Shown in pieces: positions 29,956-41,115 of a stretch of 64,000 nucleotides of DNA. The notes below the pieces were generated by a model. That model made no database searches, was not told the origin of the DNA, and was given only the letters and a program-made list of their open reading frames with translations. Each line of letters begins with the position of its first letter. Position 1 is the first letter of the stretch. Source of the DNA: an uncultured Collinsella sp. (GTDB lineage: Bacteria > Actinomycetota > Coriobacteriia > Coriobacteriales > Coriobacteriaceae); NCBI GenBank assembly GCA_902475595.1, contig CABRZT010000002.1, forward strand, positions 13,211 to 77,210. The letters are read 5' to 3'. Both the position numbers and the translations under genes were made by a program.

Positions 29956-31392
29956 CTACAGCTCCAACTCGTTGAGCTTTAAGATGGCCACGATATAGAT
30001 CTTTAGCGCCTGCTTGAGCTGTTCCTCGTTGGCGCACTCGTTGGGACCGTGCATCTGGCCGCCCCATGCGGGCAGCTCCAGGCCGGTCTCCTCGGGGCCA
30101 AACGACACGGCGCGGGCAAAGTTGCGCGCGTACGTGCCGCCGCCCATGGCAAAAGGCTCGGCATGCTTGCCCGTAAACTCGTTATAGGTGTCAATCAGCG
30201 CCTTCACAGCCGGGTCGTCGGCAGACACCGAGAACGGCACCTTTGCATGACCCAAGCGACACGTCACGTCAAAGCGCCCCACGAGCGGCTCGAGCTGCTC
30301 GCTGATGGTATCGGCGCTCGTGCTATCGGGGAAACGCACGTCAATGACCTGCTCGATGTGGCCATCCACCACGCGGATGACGCCGGGATTGCAGGTGAGC
30401 GGGCCAAACGCCGGGCTCGTCGCATCGATTCCCAGGCCGCGGCCATAGGCGTCCGCATGTACAAAGGCCAGGAACTTGACAAACTCGTGCTCGGCAGGCG
30501 TCAGCAGGCGCTCGCCGCGGGCACCAAACGCGTCCTCGGCCTCGCGCAGATACGCCACGATCAGACCGACGGCATTGATCGTTCCCTCGGGCATCGAGGC
30601 ATGACCGCCAATACCGTGGGCGAAAATCTGCGCATGCCCGTTATCGAGTGCTGTAATCTCCAGGCGGTCAGCGTTCTCAACGGGCGCCGGCAGTTCATCG
30701 GCGGCAATCGCAAGCTCGCAGATAGACTGCGACGGAATGGCGTTGCTCGCCTCGGCACCGCTCCACGACACGATGCGCCCGCCGTCGATCTTGGAGCTCA
30801 CAAACGTCGCCCCGAACTGGCCCTTCTCGGCATTGCAGACCGGGAACTCGGCATCGGGCGTAAACAAAAAGTCGGGGTCTGCGTAGTTCTCCAGATAATG
30901 GTGAACATCGGACATGCTCACCTCCTCATCGCAACCCAGCAGCGCGCGGAAGGTATAACGAGGGACAATCCCATGTTTGAGCAGATAGGCGCCGGCGTAG
31001 AGCGACAGCACGGCCGGACCCTTGTCGTCGATCACGCCGCGACCGAGCAGCCAGCCCTCGCGGCGCTCCATCGCAAACGGATCGGTATTCCAGCCAGGGC
31101 CGGCGGGCACCACGTCCACGTGGCAGATGGTCGCGAGCTGCTTATCGCCGCGACCCGGGATATCGGCAATGCCCACGTAACCCTCGTCGTCGCTTGTCTG
31201 GTAGCCGAGCTTCTGCGCGATGCCGAGCGCGCAATCGAGCGCGTCACGGACCGGACGGCCAAACGGCGCGCCGGGCTCCGCATTGGCAGAAACCGCCACG
31301 GACGGATAGCTCACCAGCTGCTCGATATCGGCGACGACATCCTCCCAGACCTCGTCGACATACTCGGTAACGCTCTGCTCCACCTGATTCAT
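29956..31392 (-). CDS. M20 Sapep/PepV-type dipeptidase
   Basis: HVDVVP, GRGVIDDKGP, CDEE, GGGTYAR, MHGPNE. Confidence 0.88.
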   Translation of the reverse strand: MNQVEQSVTEYVDEVWEDVVADIEQLVSYPSVAVSANAEPGAPFGRPVRDALDCALGIAQKLGYQTSDDEGYVGIADIPGRGDKQLATICHVDVVPAGPGWNTDPFAMERREGWLLGRGVIDDKGPAVLSLYAGAYLLKHGIVPRYTFRALLGCDEEVSMSDVHHYLENYADPDFLFTPDAEFPVCNAEKGQFGATFVSSKIDGGRIVSWSGAEASNAIPSQSICELAIAADELPAPVENADRLEITALDNGHAQIFAHGIGGHASMPEGTINAVGLIVAYLREAEDAFGARGERLLTPAEHEFVKFLAFVHADAYGRGLGIDATSPAFGPLTCNPGVIRVVDGHIEQVIDVRFPDSTSADTISEQLEPLVGRFDVTCRLGHAKVPFSVSADDPAVKALIDTYNEFTGKHAEPFAMGGGTYARNFARAVSFGPEETGLELPAWGGQMHGPNECANEEQLKQALKIYIVAILKLNELEL

Positions 31393-31445
31393 GGACGACC
31401 TCCTTACCAATGAGGGGCAAGTGTGCCGCCCCTCACATCAAGTAC

Positions 31446-32114
31446 TTATATAGCGAAAAGTTTAGCAAGCTCGGCCACCGAATGCACCACCGCATCGGCG
31501 CCCGCTGCCTCGTGCTCGCCCGGCGCCGCCGCGCCCGAATAGATGCCAATACACGGCACGCCCATCGCGTGCGCGCCCTCCACGTCGTTAAAGCGGTCGC
31601 CGATCATCACGGCCTCGTCAGCAGTCGCGCCGAGCGCCGCCAGCGCATCGCGGACCGAATCGGCCTTGGTCTCGCGTCCCTGAGGCGGATTCATGCCGAC
31701 CACGGCCTCAAACTGAGAAAGCCCCAGCTCATGCACCATGTCGATGCACTTTGCCTCCATGCGCGACGTCGCCACGGCCATGCGATGACCCTGGGCGGCC
31801 AGCCCGTCGAGCAACTCGGGGATCCCGTCGAACACGGGATACTCCTCCGGTCCTAACTCATCAAAAAAGGCACGGTACTCGTCGGCCACCACCAGCGACT
31901 CCTCGCGCGAGAAGCCGTAAAAGTCGTGGAAGCTCTTCCACAGCGGAGGCCCGATCATACGGCGCAAGTCACCCATCTGCGCCTCCGTAAACCCACGCGC
32001 AGCCAGCGTCTTGCGCGTCGAGGTCATCACCGCCCGACCCGTATCGGCCACCGTGCCATCAAAATCGAACAGCACAACCGGCCGTTTGCCTATCTCCAAC
32101 GCCTCCATCGGCAT
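31446..32114 (-). CDS. HAD-IA hydrolase (phosphoglycolate phosphatase/5'-nucleotidase-like)
   Basis: FDFDGT, IGPPL, MIGDRFND; start uncertain. Confidence 0.85.
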   Translation of the reverse strand: MPMEALEIGKRPVVLFDFDGTVADTGRAVMTSTRKTLAARGFTEAQMGDLRRMIGPPLWKSFHDFYGFSREESLVVADEYRAFFDELGPEEYPVFDGIPELLDGLAAQGHRMAVATSRMEAKCIDMVHELGLSQFEAVVGMNPPQGRETKADSVRDALAALGATADEAVMIGDRFNDVEGAHAMGVPCIGIYSGAAAPGEHEAAGADAVVHSVAELAKLFAI

Positions 32115-32264
32115 CCCTCTTCCCCAGTTGACGATTTCCACACCGACACTTCAAACTGTTGACTATTCAACAATTGAACCTAGCAATGTGGAACGACTCT
32201 ACTATACTTGTCGCACTTTGCTCTCAGAAGGCGGCGCGCAAACGCCCCAACGAAAGGTGCAATT

Positions 32265-33125
32265 ATGTCTTTTGCCATCATAACCGACTCCACGTCGGAC
32301 ATCTCCCCCGCCCGTGCCCAAGAGCTCGGCATTTACGTGATTCCGCTGCATGTGATTATCGAGGGTGAGGACCTGCTCGACCAGGTGCAGATTACCGCCC
32401 AGGAATACGTCGCGCGCATGGCTGGCTCCGAGCAGCTGCCGCACACCTCGCAGCCGAGCGCCGGCGAGTTTAAGGCGCTCTTTGACCGTGTGCGCGCCGA
32501 CGGCCACGATAGCGCGATCTTTATCTCGCTGTGCAGCGAGTGGTCTGCCTGCTATTCCAACGCATGCCTGACGGCCGGGACCCATGAGCTCGACGTGCGC
32601 TGCATCGATTCGCGCACCGGTTCGGGCGCCGAGGGCTTGCTGGTGGAGTACGCGCTGGCCATGCGCGAGGACGGTCGCAGCCTGGACGAGACCGAGGCGC
32701 AGATCCGCGCGACGCTGCCCGACGCACACCTGCTGCTAATTCCCCGCACGCTCGAGAACCTCGTTAAGAACGGCCGCGCGCCCAAGCTCGCTGGCCAGCT
32801 GACGCAGATGCTCAACATTCGCCTGGCCGTCTCGCCGGAGTGGAAATCGGGCGAGATCAAGGCCATCAAGAAGGGTCGCGGCGCCAAGCGCATCGTTGCC
32901 AACACCATGGCCGATTGCCTCGCATTTTTGGCCGAGCACCCGGGCTCCAGCGTGCGCGTGCTCACGACCGGCGCTGCCGAGGAGCAGGAGCTCGTCAACC
33001 AAGCGCTCGCAGGCCAGAACTACGTAGACGCCGGCACCGGCCCCATCGGCTGCACCATCGCCACCCACGTAGGCGTCGACGCCATCGCCATCAGTTACTG
33101 CCCCCGCTACCAACCCACCAATTAG
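32265..33125 (+). CDS. DegV/FakB fatty-acid-binding protein
   Basis: IITDSTSD, TSQPS, LVKNGR, IATHVG. Confidence 0.9.
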   Translation: MSFAIITDSTSDISPARAQELGIYVIPLHVIIEGEDLLDQVQITAQEYVARMAGSEQLPHTSQPSAGEFKALFDRVRADGHDSAIFISLCSEWSACYSNACLTAGTHELDVRCIDSRTGSGAEGLLVEYALAMREDGRSLDETEAQIRATLPDAHLLLIPRTLENLVKNGRAPKLAGQLTQMLNIRLAVSPEWKSGEIKAIKKGRGAKRIVANTMADCLAFLAEHPGSSVRVLTTGAAEEQELVNQALAGQNYVDAGTGPIGCTIATHVGVDAIAISYCPRYQPTN

Positions 33126-33140
33126 GGCCACCCATACCAC

Positions 33141-33203
33141 TTGCGGTGAAATAGGGACTGTTTTTGGCTTATCAGCCGCAAATCAATCCCTATTCCACCG
33201 CAA
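33141..33203. repeat. ~65-bp palindromic family D
   Basis: TTGCGGTGAAATAG...CTATTCCACCGCAA; homolog at 38690-38756. Confidence 0.65.
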
Positions 33204-33243
33204 CTTAGAAGCAGTTCATTTAGCCTGTCCCATTTTAGCTACC

Positions 33244-34002
33244 CTACATCAGCCCGCTCAGGGCGATGTCGACGGCCTCGTTGAGGTCGTCGGTGATATG
33301 CACCAGCTCCGGATCGAGCGGGCTGATCATACCGGCTTCCATCACCGGGCCGTTGAGCCAGTCGAACAGGCCCTGCCAGTACTCGGTGCCCACCAAAACG
33401 AGCGGCATGCGCTTGACCTTGTGTGTCTGCACCAGTGTGAGCACCTCGAACATCTCGTCGAGCGTACCAAAGCCGCCGGGGAACACAATGGCACCCGAGC
33501 TGTACTTAACGAACATGGTCTTGCGCACAAAGAAGTAGCGGAAGTCCATACCCAGGTTCACGTATTTGTTGAGCCCCTGCTCGTGCGGAAGCTCGATACC
33601 CAAGCCGACCGACTTGCCGTTGGCGCTCGCCGCTCCCCTGTTGGCCGCCTCCATAATGCCAGGGCCGCCGCCGGTGATAACCGCCACGCCGCGCTGGGCG
33701 ATCTTGCGACCGACCGTGCGCGCCGCCTTGTAGAGCGGATCGGTCTTGGGCGTGCGAGCACTGCCGAAGATGGTCACTGCAGGACCAAGCTCGGCAAGCG
33801 CGCCGAAGCCATCGACAAACTCAGCCTGTATGCGCAGCACTCGCCAGGGATCGGCATGCAACCAGTCGGTTGAATCCTCGGGTGCCAGCAGGTTGGCGTA
33901 GGTGTTGTCCTTAGGAATCATGGGGCCGCGCATGACCACGGGGCCGCGCCGGTACGTCTCGTCGTAGGCGGGCTCGCCCTCGACGTTCTCATTCTTAATC
34001 AT
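33244..34002 (-). CDS. LOG family (TIGR00730-like) nucleotide phosphoribohydrolase
   Basis: FGSAR, TGGGPGIMEAAN, YFFVRKTMF, PGGFGTLDE. Confidence 0.9.
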   Translation of the reverse strand: MIKNENVEGEPAYDETYRRGPVVMRGPMIPKDNTYANLLAPEDSTDWLHADPWRVLRIQAEFVDGFGALAELGPAVTIFGSARTPKTDPLYKAARTVGRKIAQRGVAVITGGGPGIMEAANRGAASANGKSVGLGIELPHEQGLNKYVNLGMDFRYFFVRKTMFVKYSSGAIVFPGGFGTLDEMFEVLTLVQTHKVKRMPLVLVGTEYWQGLFDWLNGPVMEAGMISPLDPELVHITDDLNEAVDIALSGLM

Positions 34003-34212
34003 GGGTACTCCTATCAAAAATAGAAACGGGCGGGGTCGACGCCATGCGCCAAACACCCGCCCGAACATCAACTATTCGGTATGGTACCCACGATGCATAA
34101 AGTGCTTGCAAGGCATCGGTCAGCGGTCATGCAGACCGTGTTAGCGAACGCGACGACCGGCCGGCGCTCGCCCTTTGCCGTTGCTCACGCCCCGCAAGCG
34201 CCCGCGCCGCTC

Positions 34213-35352
34213 TTAGTAGTCCACCGCCGCAGGACTGTTCATCCAGTCGCTCACAAACGCACCGTAGCGGCCCTCGATAATGGCCTGGCGGGCGCGCTGC
34301 ATAAGGTTGAGCAGGTAGTAGATGTTGTGCATCGAAAGCAGAATGCCGCCGAGCATCTCCTTCTGCGTGACCATGTGACGGATGAGCGCACGGCTGTAAC
34401 CGCCCGTGCACACCGGGCAGGTGCAGGTGGGATCGATGGGGCCGTCGTCATGCGCAAAGCGGGCGTTGCGGAAGTTAAGGCGACCTTCACTGGAGAATGC
34501 CGTGCCCATGCGGCCGGTGCGCGTCGGCAGCACGCAGTCGAACATATCGATGCCCACGCCCACGCCGCGCACGAGCGTCGTCGGGTTACCGACGCCCATC
34601 AGGTAGCGCGGCTTGTGCTTGGGCATGTACTCGCTCACGAGCGGCGCCAGCGTCTCGAACATGGTCTCGTGGTCCTCGCCCACCGAGTAGCCGCCGATGC
34701 CGTAACCGGGGAAGTCACCGCACTCCTCCAGATGGCGCAGCGAGCGCAGACGCAGGTCCAGATGCATGCCGCCCTGAACGATGCCAAAGAGTGCCTGGTC
34801 ATCGCGGGTGTGAGTCTTGTAGCAGCGCTCGGCCCACATGCTCGACAGCTCCACCGCGCGCTCGACGTAGGCGCGCGTGGCAGGATAGCCGGGGCACTGG
34901 TCGAGCTGCATGCAGATGTCGGAACCGAGCTTCATGGCGATTTCCATGTTGTCCTCGGGCGTCCAGAACACGTGGCGACCGTCGTAGTCATTGACGATAA
35001 AGCGCACGCCCTCGTCGGTGAGCTTAACGGCGTCGTTATGGCTAAAGACTTGGAATCCGCCCGAGTCGGTGAGGATGGGGCCGTGCCAGTTCATAAACTT
35101 ATGCAGACCGCCCAGCTCGGCGATGGTGTCCTCGCCAGGGCGCATGGACAGGTGATAGGTATTGGCAAGCACGATCTGGGCGCCGAGCCGCTTGACGGTC
35201 TCGGTGGGGATACCCTTGACGTTTGCCTTGGTACCCACAGGCATAAAAATCGGCGTCTCGATGTCGCCGTGCGGGGTATGCAGCACGCCGGCGCGCGCGT
35301 GCGTGGTCGGGTCCTCGGCGATCAGGTCGAATTTAAAGAGGCTCTGGTCCAT
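34213..35352 (-). CDS. tgt: tRNA-guanine transglycosylase
   Basis: FMPVGT, TDSGGFQ, IVQGG, DCVLPTR, CTCPVC zinc site; DQC and GGYSVGE fit the preQ1-inserting type. Confidence 0.96.
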   Translation of the reverse strand: MDQSLFKFDLIAEDPTTHARAGVLHTPHGDIETPIFMPVGTKANVKGIPTETVKRLGAQIVLANTYHLSMRPGEDTIAELGGLHKFMNWHGPILTDSGGFQVFSHNDAVKLTDEGVRFIVNDYDGRHVFWTPEDNMEIAMKLGSDICMQLDQCPGYPATRAYVERAVELSSMWAERCYKTHTRDDQALFGIVQGGMHLDLRLRSLRHLEECGDFPGYGIGGYSVGEDHETMFETLAPLVSEYMPKHKPRYLMGVGNPTTLVRGVGVGIDMFDCVLPTRTGRMGTAFSSEGRLNFRNARFAHDDGPIDPTCTCPVCTGGYSRALIRHMVTQKEMLGGILLSMHNIYYLLNLMQRARQAIIEGRYGAFVSDWMNSPAAVDY

Positions 35353-35446
35353 AAACTGGAACTCCTTGGTTGCGGTTCATACGCAGACCATTATACGAGC
35401 AACCAGCAAACCGCACCGACTCGACAGAAACTGGTGCAAAGAGGTT

Positions 35447-35608
35447 ATAGTCATTGGGGGACGTTCTTAAACGACTAGTCGCCGGGGACAGTCTTCAGCG
35501 CCACCTTGCAAAGGAGTGTCCCAATCAGCCGGCACTTAGGGACTGTCCCCAAGTGCCGGTAAGAGCGTCCCTTTCGACTAGTCATTTAAGAACGTCCCCA
35601 ACGACCAC
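35447..35608. repeat. REPIN-like family A element
   Basis: Same ~33-bp inverted termini as 29710-29794 with additional internal GGGAC/GTCCC units. Confidence 0.85.
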
Positions 35609-35613
35609 ATCAA

Positions 35614-35786
35614 GGCAACGCCGATGCTCTGGCAATGTCAGCGAGCGGTCACCAGAGCGAACAAATTGGCATGAAAAGAGGACGGCATTGATCTTCTGAT
35701 CATGCCGTCCTCTTTGAATGACAAGTTGTCGCTCTGGTGACCGCGCAGCGTCAACTGGTTACGCGGTTCGTAGAACCGCGTAACCC
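35614..35786. other. ~170-nt structured element, copy 1 (possible ncRNA or mobile hairpin)
   Basis: Long rod plus 13-bp hairpin; covaries with 38925-39094. Confidence 0.7.
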
Positions 35787-36587
35787 CTAAGGCCGCTGGC
35801 CCATACCACCCTCGAGGGTGACGGTCTCGCCGTTCATGTACTTAAAGTCGGGGCCGCAGAGCTGAACGACCACGCGGCCGATTTCCTTCTCGACATCGCC
35901 GTAATGGCCCGCCGGCGGCATGTGAACGTTGGCCTTGAACGCCTCGGGATAGGCATCCTGGAAGTTCTCGAGCGCAGCGGTCCAGGCAAGCGGGCACACG
36001 ATGTTGACGTTGATGCCGTCCTTGCCCCACTCGTTGGCGGCGACGCGAGTCAGACCGCGGATGCCTTCCTTGGCGGCGGCATAGCTGCACTGGCCGTAGT
36101 TGCCAAACAGGCCGGCGCCCGAAGCAAAGTTGACCACGGAGCCCTTGGTCTCCTTCAGGTGCGGATAGGCCTTCTGCATGTACAGGTAGGTGGCATACAG
36201 GCCAGAGTAAATGGCCAGGTTAAACTGATCCATGGTGTGATCGGCAATGGTCACGCCCGAGGCGCTGGCCTGAGCGTTGTTGACGACGGCGTCGATGCGA
36301 CCGAACTCCTCAATCGCCTTGTCGATAACGTTCTGTACGACGGCCTCGTTGTCCTGGCCGGCGGAGACATCGGCCTGAACAGGCAGAACCTTGACGCCGT
36401 ACTCAGCCTCGAGAGACTCCTTGGCGGCCTCGAGCTTGGCGACGTTGCGGCCGGTGATGACGAGGTTCGCGCCCTCCTTGGCAAAAGCGATATCGATGCC
36501 GTAGCCGATGGAGCCAGCGGAGCCGTCCTTGAGCGTGGCCTTGCCGCCGCCGGTAACGATTACGGTCTTACCAGTGAAAAGTCCCAT
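35787..36587 (-). CDS. SDR oxidoreductase, probable NADP-dependent 12alpha-hydroxysteroid dehydrogenase
   Basis: TGGGKATLKDGSAGSIGYGI with inserted loop, ITGRN, NNAQAS, YAAAK; resembles clostridial/Eggerthella 12alpha-HSDH as I recall it. Confidence 0.7.
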   Translation of the reverse strand: MGLFTGKTVIVTGGGKATLKDGSAGSIGYGIDIAFAKEGANLVITGRNVAKLEAAKESLEAEYGVKVLPVQADVSAGQDNEAVVQNVIDKAIEEFGRIDAVVNNAQASASGVTIADHTMDQFNLAIYSGLYATYLYMQKAYPHLKETKGSVVNFASGAGLFGNYGQCSYAAAKEGIRGLTRVAANEWGKDGINVNIVCPLAWTAALENFQDAYPEAFKANVHMPPAGHYGDVEKEIGRVVVQLCGPDFKYMNGETVTLEGGMGQRP

Positions 36588-36876
36588 ACGAAGTCCTTTC
36601 AAATCGCGACGGGCCCGCCCGTCGACTGCGCGCATCCAACTTCACGCGCCAAAAGCTGAAATGCAACTTTAGCGGGTTCAAGTGAAAAATAAAGACCATG
36701 GCAGGCGAACGGTGCAACGTCTTTCGGCGAAGGGAATGTCAAGCACGAACTGGACAAAGAGGCCGAATTTTTTGTCACCCAAACGAGTCATCGAACACGT
36801 TTTGAAACTTTGCTGCGGGGCGCGGGATGTCGGCGCGAGACTTTATCATAGGGTGACGAACAACGATGAGGAGCAC

Positions 36877-38664
36877 ATGCCTATGACAGACGAGCTGGAC
36901 CCCCAGACTCAACAGTATATTGATGATTCAGCAGACACCATTGACGACTGCGATACTTCTACCAGCAGCGATGGCGGCATTGATGCCGCTGTCGAGGAGG
37001 CTCCTGCCGCCGCAGACGAGGCCGCAGACGCAAATGTTGCCGCAGATCAAGGCAAAGAAGAGCAGCTAGAGCAGCCGGACCCAAGCGATACTGAACCCAA
37101 GGCCGAGAACGCTCCGCAACCAGCGGGCCCCATCGAGGTGTCTTCGGAAGAAGAGCTCGACGCCGTCATGGACTCCATGATGGATGCCGTCAAAGCGATG
37201 AAGGACGCCGTCGCCGATGCCGATGTCGACGCCGAGGAAGAGGAAGCCGCCGAAGCTGCCTCGACGTTTGTGCCCGGCAAGACCCCGGTTGCCGACCAAG
37301 GCAGCACCATGCCCTCGTTCCTGCAACTCGAGCACCCCACGATCGGCGCCGACGCGGTCGACCCGCATGCAGCGGGCTTTTCCGTGATTGAAGGCGGCAC
37401 CGGCAATATCGCCGCGCCGCAGACTGTCGATACGAATGCCGCCGAGGCCGCGCACCCGACCACCTCGCATGCTTCCGCCACGAGCCGCGACCTGGGGAGC
37501 GCCGTCTCAAACACCGCTAACGCCGTGGGCACTTTTATCGCCCAGGGCGCGTCGGCCATGCGCGAGATGAACGCCGCCAAGAAGGCACTCGCCGATGCCC
37601 GCGCCCATTTAGCCGAGCTTGAGCAGCGCATCGCCGACCAGGCAGAGGAACTCGAGACGCGGCAGGATATCGCGGGACGCTTCGACCAGATTGTCGCCGA
37701 TCAACGCCAGGCGATTGCCGCGGCACAAAAGACCGCTGCGGCAGCTGAAATTAACCGTGATGCCCATGCCGCCAAAGCGACGGAGCTCAAGGGCCAGCTC
37801 GAGCAAATGAAGGCAGAGGACGATGCGACCGAGCTCCGCCTGAAGGCTGCACTCGACGCCGTGGAAGCCCGCGAGGCGAGCTCGCGCGAGACCGGCAACC
37901 GCCTCGTTCGTCGCCTTGAGGATTCCAAGCGTATCCGCGACAAAGTGAAGGCTGAGCGCGATGCCGGTGTCGCCGCCGCACGACAAACTGCCGATGCTAC
38001 GCGCGCACAGCTCGAGACCTTGCGTCGCGAGTATGCCGAGCTGCAGCGCAACCCTTCGGCAAATCCCGCCAATTACACCGTACGCACCAACGAGTTGTCT
38101 ATGCAAATCTCCGACGCTGCCGACGCCCTCCGCAAGGCCGAGGAAGATATTCCGCGCGTGACTGCCGATCTTGAGCATTCACTTGCCGCCGCCGAGCAGG
38201 CCGTCGAGCAGGCGCAGGCCCCCATCGCCGACGCTAAACGCGCGCACCAGGCCGTAACGGCTGAGGCAGATGCCGCGCGCGACGAGCTGCAGTCCGCAAA
38301 AACTGCCGCCGCGACGCGCCAGCGCGAGCTGCGCGAAAAGATCGCCACGCAGGACAAGGCACGCCGCGAGCAAGAGCAGGCCATCGCAAACGCCCGGGCA
38401 GATGCCGCGCATGCGCAGTCGATTGTCGAGCAGGCGACCGAGGTGCACGACCATCCCGAGATCACCGAATCGCTCGCCGGGTCCTTGGCACGCGACAAGG
38501 CCGAGCATACCGAGACCGAGCGCGAAGTTGCCCAACTCGAGGCCGCCGAAGACGACGTGCGCAAGCGAACCCGCGACTCACGCGTCAAATTCACCGGAGC
38601 CATCGCCTGCATCATCGCCGCAATCCTGGTGATCATCGCAATCTGGCTGTTCGCGAGCAAGTAA
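36877..38664 (+). CDS. Long coiled-coil protein with acidic N-terminus and C-terminal TM anchor
   Basis: D/E-rich first ~130 aa, A/E/R-rich heptads, terminal AIACIIAAILVIIAIWLF; GAGGAG RBS. Confidence 0.75.
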   Translation: MPMTDELDPQTQQYIDDSADTIDDCDTSTSSDGGIDAAVEEAPAAADEAADANVAADQGKEEQLEQPDPSDTEPKAENAPQPAGPIEVSSEEELDAVMDSMMDAVKAMKDAVADADVDAEEEEAAEAASTFVPGKTPVADQGSTMPSFLQLEHPTIGADAVDPHAAGFSVIEGGTGNIAAPQTVDTNAAEAAHPTTSHASATSRDLGSAVSNTANAVGTFIAQGASAMREMNAAKKALADARAHLAELEQRIADQAEELETRQDIAGRFDQIVADQRQAIAAAQKTAAAAEINRDAHAAKATELKGQLEQMKAEDDATELRLKAALDAVEAREASSRETGNRLVRRLEDSKRIRDKVKAERDAGVAAARQTADATRAQLETLRREYAELQRNPSANPANYTVRTNELSMQISDAADALRKAEEDIPRVTADLEHSLAAAEQAVEQAQAPIADAKRAHQAVTAEADAARDELQSAKTAAATRQRELREKIATQDKARREQEQAIANARADAAHAQSIVEQATEVHDHPEITESLAGSLARDKAEHTETEREVAQLEAAEDDVRKRTRDSRVKFTGAIACIIAAILVIIAIWLFASK

Positions 38665-38689
38665 ACCCGCTGCCAAAAACACCCAGCGC

Positions 38690-38756
38690 AGTTGCGGTGA
38701 GATAGTTCCTGTTGAGCCCTCAAAAAGGTCAATTCAAGAACTATCTCACCGCAACT
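38690..38756. repeat. ~65-bp palindromic family D
   Basis: AGTTGCGGTGAGATAG...CTATCTCACCGCAACT. Confidence 0.65.
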
Positions 38757-38808
38757 TATTTAGATCGGCGCAAGGCAACCTATCCCTCTTCCACCGATTT
38801 CTTGAAAT

Positions 38809-38912
38809 AAGGAGTGTCCCCAGGTGCCGGCGCAAAAGGAACGTCCCCAAGTGCCAAGCGCCGCAAGAGTGTCCCCTTTGACTAGTCATTTAAGAACGTC
38901 CCCAATGACTAC
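38809..38912. repeat. Family A element, right half
   Basis: Three GTCCCC units ending GACTAGTCATTTAAGAACGTCCCCAATGACTAC. Confidence 0.8.
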
Positions 38913-38924
38913 AGCAACAACCAC

Positions 38925-39093
38925 GGCAACGCAGATGTTTTGGCGCGGACAGCGAAAACGCCCCTAAGCGAGCAAGGTGACGTGAAAGAGGAGGGCATTG
39001 ACCTTCTGGTCATGCCCGACGATTGAACGTCAGATTGCCGCTTAGGGGCGTTTGCAGCGTCGGCCGGTTACGGCGTTTGGAAAACGCCGTAAC

Positions 39094-39094
<1 letters not shown>
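38925..39094. other. ~170-nt structured element, copy 2
   Basis: Same layout as 35614-35786 with compensatory substitutions. Confidence 0.7.
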
Positions 39095-40346
<1,252 letters not shown>

Positions 40347-40410
40347 GTCGGATACTCCTTATATAGTTAAAGTCCGCTCTACATCCTAGCAGGCCGCCAG
40401 CCCAAAAGAA

Positions 40411-40986
40411 CTACTTTTTGGCGGCTTTGCGCTCGTCGCGGATGCGGGCGCGGTCCATGGCCGCCTCGACGGCAGAGAAGCGGCAACCACAGTAGTTCTG
40501 CCGATACATGCCAAGCTCGCGCGAACGACGTGTCGCCTCGGGGTAATACGGGCGAAAATCGCGAATCACCGGAGTGAGCCCGCGGGCGGCAGCCAAACGC
40601 TCCAACACATCATTGCAGGTGTCGAACAGCTGATACGGCGAAACGGCGAGCGTCGTGCCCACATATCCAAACCCGCGCTCCTGGGCCACACGGCATGCCT
40701 CGGCCAGACGCAGGGCATAGCACGCGCGACAGCGGCGGGGTCGATCGGCGCCCAACGGGGCCACACCGGCCTCCCAGCGCTCGCGGTCCTCCCCCACCTC
40801 GATGAGCTCAATGTCGCCATCTGCACACCACCGGCGCAGCTCGTCCAAGCGCCGCTGCCATTCATCGCGCGGCTGAATATTGGGGTTGGTCCAGCAAATC
40901 GTAGGCTCAAACCCCTCCTCGCGCAGCAGGCGAACCGGCTCCAGCGAGCACGGTGCGCAGCAAGCATGCAGCAGCAACGGCTTCAT
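40411..40986 (-). CDS. queH: Epoxyqueuosine reductase (cobalamin-independent)
   Basis: LLHACCAPCS, NPNIQP, CRACY, YRQNYCGC; adjacent to queA. Confidence 0.92.
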   Translation of the reverse strand: MKPLLLHACCAPCSLEPVRLLREEGFEPTICWTNPNIQPRDEWQRRLDELRRWCADGDIELIEVGEDRERWEAGVAPLGADRPRRCRACYALRLAEACRVAQERGFGYVGTTLAVSPYQLFDTCNDVLERLAAARGLTPVIRDFRPYYPEATRRSRELGMYRQNYCGCRFSAVEAAMDRARIRDERKAAKK

Positions 40987-41008
40987 CAACATCTCCTCCC
41001 CCACAATA

Positions 41009-41115
41009 AGTAGTCTTTTTGGGACGGGGCTATTTTGACTACTTTTGACGTAAAGCAGTCAAAACTACCCATCTCCAAAAAGTAGTCAAAATAGCCCCGT
41101 CCCAAAAAGACTACT
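41009..41115. repeat. REPIN-like family C element
   Basis: AGTAGTCTTTTTGGGACGGGGCTATTTTGACTACT and exact inverted copy; overlaps TAG stop of adjacent gene. Confidence 0.85.

Noticed and set aside
35353..35446. preQ1 riboswitch upstream of tgt (also checked before queA and queH)
   Set aside because: No preQ1 hairpin with A-rich tail recognisable; cmscan would be needed to exclude it formally.
35614..35786. 6S RNA interpretation of the rod element
   Set aside because: Multi-copy, abuts stop codons and REP-like repeats, and lacks a large central bubble.
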